Positions 51,905 through 64,000 of a stretch of DNA of 64,000 bases are shown here, one piece after another. The notes beneath the pieces were generated by a model. The model saw only the letters and a program-made list of their open reading frames with translations. It was not told the DNA's origin and did not search any database. The DNA is from the human T2T-CHM13v2.0 reference genome, Homo sapiens: the NCBI RefSeq assembly GCF_009914755.1, contig NC_060929.1; one strand, 5' to 3'. Made by a program: the position numbers and the translations under genes. How positions within the stretch are numbered: position 1 is the stretch's first letter; each line of letters opens with the position of its first letter.

Positions 51905-52345
51905 TATTAGTAAAGATGGGCAAGACTGAAGTGATAATTAAATCCAAAATGTAATGGCTCAGGAGAATAAACATTTATTTCTTTTTCCTAAAACAGTCCT
52001 TAGTGAATGATCAGAGTATTGGAAGCACTCTCTTCTGCATGGTTTTGCAAGCATCCAGGCTCCTTCTATCGCATAGCTCAATTATCCCTTAGGATATCAT
52101 TTTCAATTAGATCCAGTCAGTATTTGGGGAAAAAGAAAACATGGAAAAGACTTCTTAAAAGCTGTGGTCCAGAAGCAGCAAACACCACTTCCATTTATTC
52201 CTTATTGGGAAGAACTAATGATATGATCACCCATAACTGAAAGGAAACTGAGGAATTTAGCTCTTGCCTAACTATTCAACCTCAAGCTACAATTCTGTAT
52301 TATGCAGAGGGAGAAAGGATTTTGGTAGATAGCTTTTTGTCTGAA
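51905..52345 (-). mobile_element. Old MaLR LTR (MLT1J/K-like)
   Basis: CCAAAATGTAATGGCTC...CATCCAGGCTCCTTCTATC...CCAGAAGCAGCAAACACCACTTCC. Confidence 0.6.
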
Positions 52346-53850
52346 ACAGAAAAGTGTTTCTATTCCATTGCTGTGGATATAAGAGCGTATTCTGTTTGTT
52401 GTATCCTGTTTTGGTTTTTTGCTCGTTCATTTTTCTGGCCAACTAGTTACGTATGATGATCACTAAGGCTAAGCAACTTATACTAACAGCAGTTACTAGG
52501 ATTAAATCTACAAAATACAAAGTCAGCAAGTAGAGCTCAGAGAGCTAAACTGAAGAAGCCATTGTAACTCAGTATTTCATCCAAACCTAGAACAAAATAA
52601 AGGAGGAATTTCCATGAGTAAGAAGAAGGGTTCTTGGAGTTTGAGGTTAATCTGGCATTCTTAGTGATGATGTAATAAAACAACTTTTAATCATTTGATT
52701 GTATGTTTATAAAGCCCATTAATATTAGCATGTACTATGAGTGCTATTCTGCTTTCTGAATATTGCACGAATTTCCAGGAAAAAGGAATATACCTTAGGA
52801 AGTCATGCATATAATGAATTATCTTTACAAAGTCTATGAAAAATTTCATTTGACATGGCTGCAGCAGTGTATGTCTAACTAAAGTGGTTTTAAAATTAGA
52901 AATGTTTGCTGATGCCCGCCTGCCCTGCTCTTCTAATCTTTGCCTGCCAGCAGAAATACGCAGTAAATTTGCAGTAGATTATTTTTAAACAATAAACATC
53001 CTTATTGCATGAGCTAAAAAGAGAGGAGAGAGGGTTCATTTTGTCTCTGGACCTTGATTTTCCTCAGACAGAACTCTAAGCCATCTGCTCAGCCCCACAA
53101 GCCAGTCTTTGACACGAGAAGATTTTTCTGCGGGTCCTAGTCCCCTAGAAAGCTGTAGATTTTGTTTGTCTTTTTCCTTTTACTATTTTTTTTCCTGTAT
53201 TTCATTTGACTTTGTTCTACTTAAAATCTCAGTCTCCTCAAATATCAGTTCGGTCCCTTTCTTAAGGCTTCAGGGCAATGGCCAGAGAGACTTACCAATC
53301 TGCAGTCACAGTGTTCTATTGATGAGCACATTACAGATCTTTGTTGAATGTCTTGTAGATTACATCCATGGTTCTAGTTCCCAGAATCTGTGTTCAAGGA
53401 CTGGGCTCAGAGATAGCATTTCTTAATACCATAAACCATATATATGTGGAAAGGACTCCACTTTCATTTTCTGGAAGGCATCCCAGTATATACTTTAGGT
53501 TCTTGTGGTAGAGTTTTCTCTTGCCTTTATCTTGTGGTACTTGAAAGGTGATCATTGCACAGTGCTGGATGAAAAGAGCAAGTTGTTTAATAATTTATGA
53601 TGTTTTTTATTGACCTATATCTATATACTTGCACATACTTAAAATAAACCTAAAAATTCATTAAGAAATTTATTTTTACTGTAATTTTTTTTTTCAGATC
53701 AGTATAGTCTACTAGCATCCTCCACATAGTTTAAAGAATAAGGGTTGTTTTTAGGAATAAATGAGAAATGTGTAAATCATAAAGTACTGCACTTGCATTG
53801 TTACTACTATTGAAATATACAGAACATTGATTGAGACTTAAATTTACGTG

Positions 53851-54180
53851 TTTTTTTTTGTTTGTTTGTTTTTTTGTTTTTGTTTTTTTTTTTTTTTTGG
53901 AGACAGAGTCGCCCTCTGTCACCCAGGCTGGAGTGCAGTGGCGTGATCTCATCTAACTGCAACCTCCGTCTCCCAGGTTCAAGCAATTCTCCTGCCTCAG
54001 CCTCCTGAGTGGCTGGGACTACAGGCACGCACCACCATGCCCAGCTAATTTTTTGTATTTTTAGTAGCGACAGGGCTTCACCACGTTGGCCAGGATGGTC
54101 TTGATCTGCTGATCGTGTGATCCGCCCACCTCCATCTCCCAGAGTCCTGGGATTACAGGCATGAGCCACAGCACCCGGCC
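53851..54180 (-). mobile_element. AluSc-like
   Basis: Full dimer with TTGGCCAGGATGGTCTTGATCT and a long T-rich tail. Confidence 0.95.
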
Positions 54181-54264
54181 AGATTTAGTTTTTTGCTTAT
54201 GATATTTTATTCCTCTATATAAACCAAAATAGGCTGTGGCTGTTATTTCTTCTCTGAAGTACAG

Positions 54265-54500
54265 CAGAACTTAGTGGTGTAAAGTGTCATCATAACCCAA
54301 GTTCAAACCCAAATTCTGCTGCTTACTGACTATAGGATCTTGTACAAATTACTTGACTTCTCTTTTTTCTCACTTTTCTTATTCGCAAAATTCAGGTATA
54401 ATAATAACACCACAAGACTCCTGAATTAAATGTAGATTAAATATGTTAATACATATAAGGACCTCAGAACTATGCCAGGAACATACTAAATTTTATATAT
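54265..54500 (+). mobile_element. MIR
   Basis: GTTCAAACCCAAATTCTGCTGCTTACTGACT...CAAATTACTTGACTTCTCT...CTCAGAACTATGCCAGGAACATA. Confidence 0.75.
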
Positions 54501-55439
54501 TATCATTCTTTGTTTCTTTGACTAAAGTAACTATTCTGTAAAAGCTATGAACCCTAAACAGAAGTGTCACATTTGCAGAAGTGTCACAGCATGTAAAACC
54601 AGTGAACATTTATAAGAACAGATATTAATTTTATATGATGAAATCAAACTAACTCACCGTTACTGACACAGTGAAAACATGTGAACGCCTGAGAAGAGAC
54701 AGGAGTGGACATATACTATGGATAAGGGACCTCTCACCCACAGCTTTGTTTTTGCCTAAATATTGTTACCACTAACCTTCTTGTTGGTTCCAAGGTCCAG
54801 CACTTTGTCTGGAGCTCAAGAATGATTTGAGGAAACTATAAGCCATGTTTCTGCTCAACTCTGCAAAAAGAAAAGTCTAGCTGTTCAAGTTACCATATGA
54901 TTGTTTTAGTCATTCTAATGATGGGGCTTTAAAAAAATATATTAATCCTATTTAGCCATAAACAATGGCCCATCAAATGACTGGATATCAACTTTAATGC
55001 ATCCTTTCAAAGCAAAACATTACTGGTGAAAATATAAAAATCCATCACTTTTCATCTTCTTGGTATTAGAAAAGTATTAGAATTATAGATGTACGTGGAA
55101 TTTGGAGCAATTAAGTCAGGTAGAGTTGATGCAAAGTTCTCTTTATATAAAATCTAAAATATTTTATAGATAATAACAATTGAACCAGATATAATGATAA
55201 TATAGCCTATGACCCAGGCTCCAAGATTTTCTATAAAAATAAGATATGCTTTTATCTTTCGTATTCTAACACTCAACACTACTAGATTTCGCTTATAAGT
55301 ACTTTTTATGAAACAAACTTCCATTCATACAAGGTTTTCCTTAACGAAGTAAACATTTCTATGAACTTTTTCTTGTTTCATTGCTGGCTATGTGCGTGAG
55401 TCCCAGGATAATTAGATCTCTAAGGACAACATTTACCAT

Positions 55440-55960
55440 AAAAGCCAGTGAACAAAACAAACAGAAGCAAAGGGACTCTGATGAAATAGACAAAGTGCAA
55501 AACATAAAAAGCAACTAGTTTAAAAAAAAATCTTCTGAGAATGGAATCAAATATAAGATGCTATAAAAATAAAAACCAGAAAATTAAAAAAAACTCTTAG
55601 ATATTGAAAAAAAAGGTAAATTTAAAAACTGAAACTTCAATGTAAGGTGGAAAAGTAAAAGGAATAAAAAAAAATTCTTTCAAGTGAAAGCCAACAAAGA
55701 AAAAGAGAACAATAGGAGAGAAAACATAGGAAATGACAAAATCAATGTAGATACTCAAACATCCAACTTGACTATAATTTTGTAAAAAAGAAAGGCAAAT
55801 GATGAAAAAGTTACTATAGGAAAATGTAATGATTATCTTCAGCATTAAATTGCACAAATTCCTAGACATATAAATGCTCAGTATAATTAATATGAAAAAC
55901 CTCATCATGGCATATAATTATTAAAATGAGAGAAAGATATCTAAAAAGCTTGAATAATGA
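55440..55960 (+). mobile_element. Ancient L1 ORF1-region fragment
   Basis: Very A-rich sense strand with AATCAATGTAGAT...CATCCAACT motifs. Confidence 0.4.
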
Positions 55961-55971
55961 GAAAAAAGTAG

Positions 55972-56361
<390 letters not shown>

Positions 56362-56519
56362 CGAAGGTGATTTTAAAAGTGCATTTACTAGGACTTAAGC
56401 AGAAATCACAAATACTTAGTGTGCACTGTTTTATTTTCAATTCCTGTTTCACATGGTAAAAAGGAGTGAATGAATTCTCTGATGAAGTATGAACACGAAA
56501 ATTGTGGTTGTAAGCTTTT

Positions 56520-56660
56520 ATTCATTCATTCAACCCAACATACCTACCCCATGTCAGGTATTGAGTTGAATGCAGAGAGAGAAATAACTTATATAAGACA
56601 TATCCTGCACCTTAAAGATCATAAAACTTCATCAGAAATTCAGATTGGAAAATGAGGTGC
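56520..56660 (-). mobile_element. L2 3' end fragment
   Basis: TTCATTCATTCAAC...CCTACCCCATGTCAGGTATTGAG. Confidence 0.6.
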
Positions 56661-57149
56661 CATGAAAGTTAGGGGATCTGTATACAGACTAAAATGTAGC
56701 CTCTGTTGGGTGGTAATGGTGGGAATAAGGACTGGGGATTTACATCTACTCTATGTTTTCATGAGAAGAGACAACAGTAAAGGTGACATTTTTGTCTCTA
56801 TTTCCTTAATTACTCTCTGCTCTCTGAATTCCCTGGGAAAAATGAATGAGTTATCTGATTAAGTTCAACAGCTAAAATTGAGGTTGCTTGGCCAAGCCTG
56901 ACTTCTTTTTCTCTTTCGAGTGTTTCTACTTGCACAGAATGTACTCAGTGCTGCTACTCCATGCTGTAAACTTTACATGGGACAGACTGAACGTTTGTGA
57001 TGAGGGCAGATCATTAGAGCACGGAGGCTTGGTGGTTGAGTAAGCCTCATTCCAGAAATGGGTAAGACTAATTCTGGGGCTTAGATTTAGAAAGCCCATT
57101 AGACTATGTACCTAAGCCATGTTTTCCCACAGCTCAGTCATTTGACCTA

Positions 57150-57330
57150 CATCAGTGTTTCAGTTGTTGATTGCTGAATAACAAATCCATCCAATATTTA
57201 GTGGCTTAAAACAAAACAAATTCATTTTTTTTCTCATTAATTCTGCAGGTTGACTAGACTCAGTAGTTCTTTTGATCCATGTGGTTTAGCTAAGGTCACT
57301 CATGTAAGCTGTATTAAAAGCAAGTTAAAA
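57150..57330 (-). mobile_element. MaLR LTR fragment (MLT1G/H-like)
   Basis: TTGCTGAATAACAAATCCATCCAATATTTAGTGGCTTAAAACAA...TTCTGCAGGTTGACT. Confidence 0.6.
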
Positions 57331-57382
57331 GCCAGTTAGTTACTTGACCCGTTGTTCATGGGAGATTATCATAAAGGGTCTA

Positions 57383-57694
<312 letters not shown>

Positions 57695-58749
57695 CTACTG
57701 CAATTTACTTAACCCATTTGTCTACCTCTCAATTGGTTCTGAATTTGGATGAGGAAGAGGGTTACCATACATTAGAGTCCTGAAATAACAGCATTCTTTC
57801 CAACCTTCTTTCTTTCATTGATGCTATTTTTTCTTATAAATTTTTATTTCTCAGCAATACTTTCTTCCAAATTGTATTGATTACTTAGACCTTATCTTCT
57901 GCATTTCTTGTATATATGTTTCTAATTTAAACACATCTCACCTACTTCAGAATTTAGTGGCTATCTTTGTTTTTAGCAAATTATATGCAAATTGTAGATG
58001 ATTATTTTTACTTTCATGGTGGCTATCCTTTCCACAATAAGCAAACATTCTCTCTCATTAAGAAATCACTTTCCCATCCAATATTTATGATTTATTTCCC
58101 TATTATTTCTATAGTTGTTATGTTTTAAACCTGTTAATTCCACGTTGTGATTATATGTGAAAAATTTAACAAAGCTCCTTGTAATTTACCCAGGTGTGGT
58201 ATATCACATTTCAAGTTAGTATAATACCTCTGGTACACTGCTTTTCCTCAGAATCACTTATAAAAACATATGTAATACAATACTGATGAGTATGATTTTG
58301 TTCGAATTGAGGATAATAGCTCGAAATGCAGAAAAAAAGAATTCTCAGAAGATCAGGAAGCTAGAAGAAAGTGGATAAAAATCTCAAAAACTTTGAGTAG
58401 CAATTAATTTCAATCTCAAGTTATATACCTGGATGAAATAAATAATCCATTAATTTTGGGAGTATTTTAGTGAAAAATTCTGATAATTTTTTAAATAAAT
58501 AAGTCTCCAAAAAATTCACTCGTGTGATCTCTATCTTAGCATGGTGAGATCCACAAAAATTAGTGCTTACACCTGGAAAAAGAAAAATATGGGATCTTGA
58601 AAACAGAGCAACTGACAAAGGAAAATAATAATGAGAATTTTCAGAGTAAGAGTAAAAGAAATAGAAGAACTGAAACATCCTTGGATGCATTCTTAGTCCA
58701 GAGTTGACCAAGAAAAGGGAAGGCTTGGTAGGAGGAAAACAAATGCATG

Positions 58750-59300
58750 CAGCAGGAAGACAAATGGGTGGTATTTTCTTTTTTAGAATACTTTATTGAG
58801 AGGTTGTTTCAGGCTATTGGACAGTGTGAAGAATTGGCAATAGGTACGTAGAGAAATGAGCATATAAATAAGAGCCAATTGATTCTAGGGGAAGTGAAAA
58901 AGTTGCAGAACTAAATAAATGTAAATGTAAACATAATGCATTACTTGACTCAAAGAAAATAATACTTATATGGTCGTAACTTTGTAATAGCTAAAAATTG
59001 ATTTAACCAAAAATTGTAATGTAACTACATTATACAGAAGCAGGGAAAGAGAAAAGGGGAGATCTGCTAGTGGTAGTGTATGTGAGCTGATTTAAACATG
59101 ATAGTAAGTCAGGAGATTATGCTTACCAATGTTAAATAAAATGGCAAGATAAGCACTACTATTAAAAAATGAAAGTAAATACCACATGAAATAAATAATA
59201 AACAGGACTTGAGTTTAGTTGGCTATTTCACTACTATTCTATTAGAATGTTTTTTAACTTTTAAAACATGCTCATGTTTTAGCTGAAAAAATACTTTAAC
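58750..59300 (+). mobile_element. Ancient L1ME-like fragment
   Basis: AAAAAGTTGCAG...TTGATTTAACCAAAAATTG motifs. Confidence 0.4.
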
Positions 59301-59724
59301 ATTTTTAAAAGTCATGTACTTTCTCCCTCATAATTAGTTTAAAAGAAAACCAATCTCCCATTACTCAATGGTTGCAAGCAGGACATTGTGAAACTCGCTT
59401 CCTATTTTGAGTTTTAGTTAATTATTTGCTCTATGGGAATAAGTGAACATTAGTGGATTCTCCAAATGTGGTTAAGAAACCATGCGGAGAGCCATTGCCT
59501 TGACAGGAGGGATAAAGAATGAAGGCAAATCACTTCCAAGTTGTCAGAGACCTGAATTAGAACTGGAACAGATTTTTGAAGTACGAGCCAAGGAGCTTCA
59601 TGGTTTTCTAGCCTGGAGTTGACAGATCAGAGTGAGCGGCCAGTTCCCACTTAGTTCCATCAGTGGATTTTGCTTATGGTCAGGGCAGAAAAAAGGGATA
59701 CTTAGATATGAATATTTTCTTTTA

Positions 59725-59733
59725 TAGATAGAT

Positions 59734-59776
<43 letters not shown>

Positions 59777-59781
59777 GATAG
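59725..59781. repeat. (GATA)n tetranucleotide STR
   Basis: Seen directly, about 13 units. Confidence 0.96.
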
Positions 59782-59782
59782 A

Positions 59783-59895
59783 AATTGTATACACTTAAGG
59801 TGAAAAATGATGTTTTATTATACATATACATAGTGAAACAGTTGTTACAGTCAAGCAAATTGACATATATCATTATATTACATAGTTACCCTTTT
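59783..59895 (-). mobile_element. L1MA (about L1MA9/10) 3' end fragment
   Basis: AATTGTATACACTTAAGGTG...CATAGTGAAA...CAAGCAAATTGACATAT...ACATAGTTACC. Confidence 0.7.
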
Positions 59896-59925
59896 CAATA
59901 TATTTTGAAGTTAATATATTCAATA

Positions 59926-60220
59926 TATAGGTCAGCAAACTATAGCCTGTTAGCCATATCTGGCCTACTGTCTATTTATGTATGACTATTTATATTTTCA
60001 AGTGGTTGAAAAAAATCAGAAGAAGAATGATTTATAATACATGATAATAATACGAAATTCAAACTCCACTATCCACAGATAAAGTTTTATTGGAAAACAA
60101 ACATATCCAGTGATTTATGATTTACATATTGTCTTTGGCTGGTTTTGTGCTTAATAGCACACTCGAGCAGTTGCAAAGAAACTGTAAGGTTCACAAAGTC
60201 TAAAAGATGACTATATGACC

Positions 60221-60269
<49 letters not shown>

Positions 60270-60285
60270 TGTGCTGAGTCCCCTG
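59926..60285 (+). mobile_element. MER58B (hAT-Charlie) containing (CA)n at 60224-60267
   Basis: GGTCAGCAAACTATAGCC...ATAAAGTTTTATTGGAA...GCAGTTGCAA...TGCTGAGTCCCCTG. Confidence 0.85.
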
Positions 60286-61474
60286 CACTATAGGAAAATA
60301 TAAGTCATCGAAATATTTAACTTTTTGATCTCTTCCATACATATTCCAAGAGAGGAATCCAGCCATTGTGATGAACATGGAAAGCACTGAACAGGATGTA
60401 GAAGTTAGTTACAAGCATTAAATCTTAGCCACTTTAAGCTGTTTATTGTCGTTTGATAAGTCTAATCAGTATGTGTGGACAGAGCTTGCCCCACACCAGA
60501 TATCGAGTTAGATTTTGGAGATCATGAAAGCTTCTTTTTGGGCCAACTCAGCTGCCCAGGATCCGGGGTTATTTGCGAACTGGCAGGCGTGAAGTGCCTC
60601 TGTAGACTGCAAAAAATTTATTTAGGTGAAGAGGAAGAAGAACTTGAGAAGTAAGCTTATAAACTGCCACTTTATTGGAATGAATATCTTCTGCAACTGG
60701 TCATTGTGCAACTAGTTTTTATTAGTTTCTTCCAAATGGAGAAAGCAACTATTCAGTTGGGGACTCAAACTATGCAAACAAGAATTTAAGTGAGGAAAGG
60801 TCTCATGAAATAGTAAAAATCATGATGTGAGCCTTAGATACTCCGAATATGTCTGGCCAAAGGGTGAGATAATACAAACTGAAGCAACACTAGCACAAAA
60901 TTTCTCTTCCCAAGGAGAAAGACTCATGATGAAAGTTGCAAACGGGTAGTTTTCATGGGTTCAAACATTTTGAATGGTTCCTGATAAGAATCCTTTCAGA
61001 TTATCATAACCTTTCATATGACATACTTTTTTTAAAAAATTGGTTATTTCTAACTCTAGCTGGCTTCCTATTCTTCTTCACAGCCCTGAAAGAAAACCGA
61101 GAGACAACCCACTAGGATATCTTCTCCATCCTGCAGAAATTGTACGTAAACCAAATTAGAAATAAATGTTAGAGGATCGCTGATTAAGAATTGTTGCCAG
61201 AAGCCTGAATAAACACTTTCTAATCTGCCTCCTCCTATGAACGTCTGTTGGATATTTCAAAACTAACTCGTTTCTCAATAAACCACAGGTAGTGCCTAGC
61301 AGAGGGTGTCTCACATGAAATAATCACACAGCTAGCATTGCCTCCAGCAATATAGCACACAGATTTTGTGCCTCTTCCCCCACAACCAAGTTCAGTAGTC
61401 ATAAATCTGGAGATTATGACACTTACAGAACAAAACTTAATAAGGAAACCACAAGATGTTTGACAGAAAAGCAA

Positions 61475-61475
<1 letters not shown>

Positions 61476-61509
<34 letters not shown>

Positions 61510-61570
61510 TTGATTTGTTCATTCATTCAACAAATGTTTTTTGAGCATGTACTATGTTCAAGGTCATGTA
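61476..61570 (-). repeat. (CA)n followed by an L2 3' tail
   Basis: CA repeat, then TTCATTCATTCAACAAATGTTTTTTGAGCATGTACTATGT. Confidence 0.8.
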
Positions 61571-61913
61571 ACAATTTAAAGGTGGAAGCACATCTCTTGG
61601 GTGCCATTATAATTAAAAAGTGCTATTGGCACATATGAGGAAGAAAGTCTGTTGACTTCTCATATTGTGGACCTGACTGTCTCCAGGGTTGTCAATGCTG
61701 CAACCACTTTTCCTGACAGTAACTATGAAGACAAATTATGTAGTAAGAGAAAATGAAATTTAAGGAAAGATGTACAATAAAATGTAAAGAATTAAACTTA
61801 AAAATTCTAAAGGTAAGAAACAAAGATCTCATTTGACATTACAAGCTGTGAATATAAATTTATCAGGAAGAGTTTTTGAAAATGTTTCATAGCATGAAAA
61901 ATGAAGATGTATG

Positions 61914-62252
61914 TAGACAATCTCCAAATTAAAATGGTTCCACTTAAAAATGTATTGACTTTATGATGGTGTGAAAGCAATACTCATTCTGTAGACTGTA
62001 CTTTGAGTACCCATATAACCATTCTGTTTTTCACTTTCAGCACAGTCTTCAGTGAATTACCTAGACTGTCCAACACTTTTATATAAAATAGACTTTATGT
62101 TAGATTGTTTTGCCCACTGTAGGCTAATGTAAGTGTTCTGAGTATCTTTAAGGTAGGTTAGGCTAAGCTATGATGTTTGGTAGGTTAGGTGTATTCAATA
62201 CATTTTCAACTTTTATCAGGATGTAACCCCATTATAAGGCAAGAAGCACCAC
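61914..62252 (-). mobile_element. MER47A-like TcMar-Tigger MITE
   Basis: AACCATTCTGTTTTTCACTTTCAG...GTAGGCTAATGTAAGTGTTCTGAG...GGCTAAGCTATGATGTTTGGTAGGTTAGGTGTATT...GATGTAACCCCAT. Confidence 0.82.
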
Positions 62253-62736
62253 TATTATACTTGTGGGATAAATAAAATTAGTATGTTTGTAAAAATTACA
62301 ATGATTATACTTTTTGTATTTTTCTTATCCTTTCAAAAATCACTTTGAAATCTAAATGACTGAGATTATTGTGTCTAACTTCATATTATATTCCTATCAA
62401 TAGCTATGAATTTCAAATATTTTTACCTGTCTGTATATCTGTTTCCCATCAATACAATTTTAATTTCATTGCAGTTTGCTCCTTTAATCATTTTAATGGA
62501 AGCTCAAATGTTCTTTTCAATGTTAATTTTAATTTAAATTTGTTTAACACAAATACTGTACTACCTAATTTTTAAGGTTTGCATTTGTCAAAATTACGTT
62601 GATTTTCTAAATTTTAAATTTTAGATCCCTTAGTTTTTGATGTGATAGCTATAGTAAAATTTATGTATGCTTCTAAAGTGAGTCTTTATTTAATAAATAG
62701 ATTTATCATATACAATGTAAAATGTACTTGTTTAGT

Positions 62737-63484
62737 ATTTTATTTTCTTTTTTTCCCCTCAACTTTTATTTTAGATTCGGTTGTATATGTGCAGATTTGT
62801 TTCCTAGGTAAATTGTGTGATGCTGAGATTTGTGATATTAATTATCCTATCATCCAGATACTGAGAAGAGTATCCAATAGTTTTTCAACAGCTTCCCCCA
62901 CTCTGGCCGAGTAGTCCCTCATTTCTTTTGCTGCCATTTTTGGGTCCATGAGTACCCAATGTTTAAGTCCCACTTATAATTAAAACATGCAGTATTTGGT
63001 TTTCTCTTCCTCCATTAATTAACTTAGAATCATGATCTTCAGCTGAATCCATGGTGCTGTAATAGATGTAATATCATTCCTGTTTATGGCTGCATAGTAT
63101 CTCACGGTGTATATGTACCACATTTTTATCCAGTCCACCACTGACAGGAACCAAGTTTGATTTTATGTCTCTGTTATTGTGAGTAGTGATACAATGAACG
63201 TGTTAGTGCATGTTTATTTTTGGTAGAATGATTTGTTCTCTTTTGGATATATGCCCAGTAATGGGATTGCTGGGTTGAATGGTAGTTTGTTTCATGTTCT
63301 TTGAGAAATCTCCAAACAGCTTTCCACAGTGGCTGAATTATTTACATTCAAACCAACAGTGTATATGCTTTCCCACTTCTCTGCAGTCTTGCTAGCATCT
63401 GTTGGGTTTTTTTTTTTTTGAATTTTTAATAATAGCCATTCTGACCTGTGTGAGATGATATCTCATTGTAATTCTGATTTGCAT
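62737..63484 (-). mobile_element. L1PA15/16-like 3' end
   Basis: CAACTTTTATTTTAGATTC...GGTAAATTGTGTGATGCTGAG...TTTATGGCTGCATAGTAT...GTAATGGGATTGCTGGGTTGAATGG. Confidence 0.88.
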
Positions 63485-63496
63485 CAAAACTACTGA

Positions 63497-64000
63497 CTTA
63501 AAGTAAGGGGATGGAAAATGATCCACCATGCCAACAGAAAACAAACAAACAAAAAGAGCAGAAGTCATTGTTTATATATCAGATAAAACAGACTTTAAAC
63601 CAACAACAATCAGGAAAGACAAAGAGGGGCATTATATAATGATAAAGGGTTCAATTCAACAAGAACACTTAATTATCATAAATAAATATGCACCCAACAC
63701 TATAAAGCACCTAGATTCATAAAATAAGCTCTTCTTGACATACAAAAAGACTTAGACAGCTACACAATAATAGTGGTGAACTTCATTATTCTGTTGAAAA
63801 CATTAGACAAATTGTTGACGCAGAAAACTAACAAGGTAATTATGAAATTAAATTCAACATTTGACCAATTGAACCTAAAAGATATCTACACAATATTCCC
63901 CTCAACAAAAAACCACAGCATATTTATTCTTCTCATCCACACACACAACATATTCTATGATCCACCACATACTTGATCATAAAGAAATTCTCAATAATTT
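63497..64000 (+). mobile_element. L1 ORF2 endonuclease-region fragment, inverted relative to the adjacent L1
   Basis: Translation ISDKTDFKPTTIRKDKEGHYIMIKGSIQQEHLIIINKYAPNT matches the L1 ORF2p endonuclease domain. Confidence 0.92.

Noticed and set aside
52450-52556. C-box-like ATGATGA and a downstream CTGA, a possible C/D snoRNA
   Set aside because: No terminal stem and no recognisable rRNA/snRNA guide. Such motifs are frequent by chance.
54560-54590. Direct repeat CAGAAGTGTCACA twice
   Set aside because: Ordinary micro-duplication with no further structure.

Overview
AT-rich primate (probably human) non-coding DNA, either intergenic or deep intronic. It is dominated by interspersed repeats: a near-full-length old L1 (1-7280, minus), a long ancient L1M (41130-49800, minus) interrupted by an internally deleted HERV-L provirus, about 12 Alus, several MaLR/ERVL/ERV1 solo LTRs, Tigger/hAT MITEs, L2/MIR/CR1 relics and microsatellites. 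I find no protein-coding exon, tRNA, rRNA or CRISPR array. The listed ORFs are Alu, L1 or ERV translations, or chance. Repeat names come from recalled consensus sequences, so subfamily calls are approximate. I cannot support a new biological system here. The best leads are: an MLT2A LTR with DUX4-like motifs and a duplicated splice donor upstream of strong non-coding plus-strand exon candidates; an unexplained palindrome-plus-tandem-repeat structure at 13.3-13.6 kb; a hairpin formed by two inverted TCF/LEF-like sites at 32.6 kb; and clear footprints of retrotransposition mechanism (twin priming, nested insertions).
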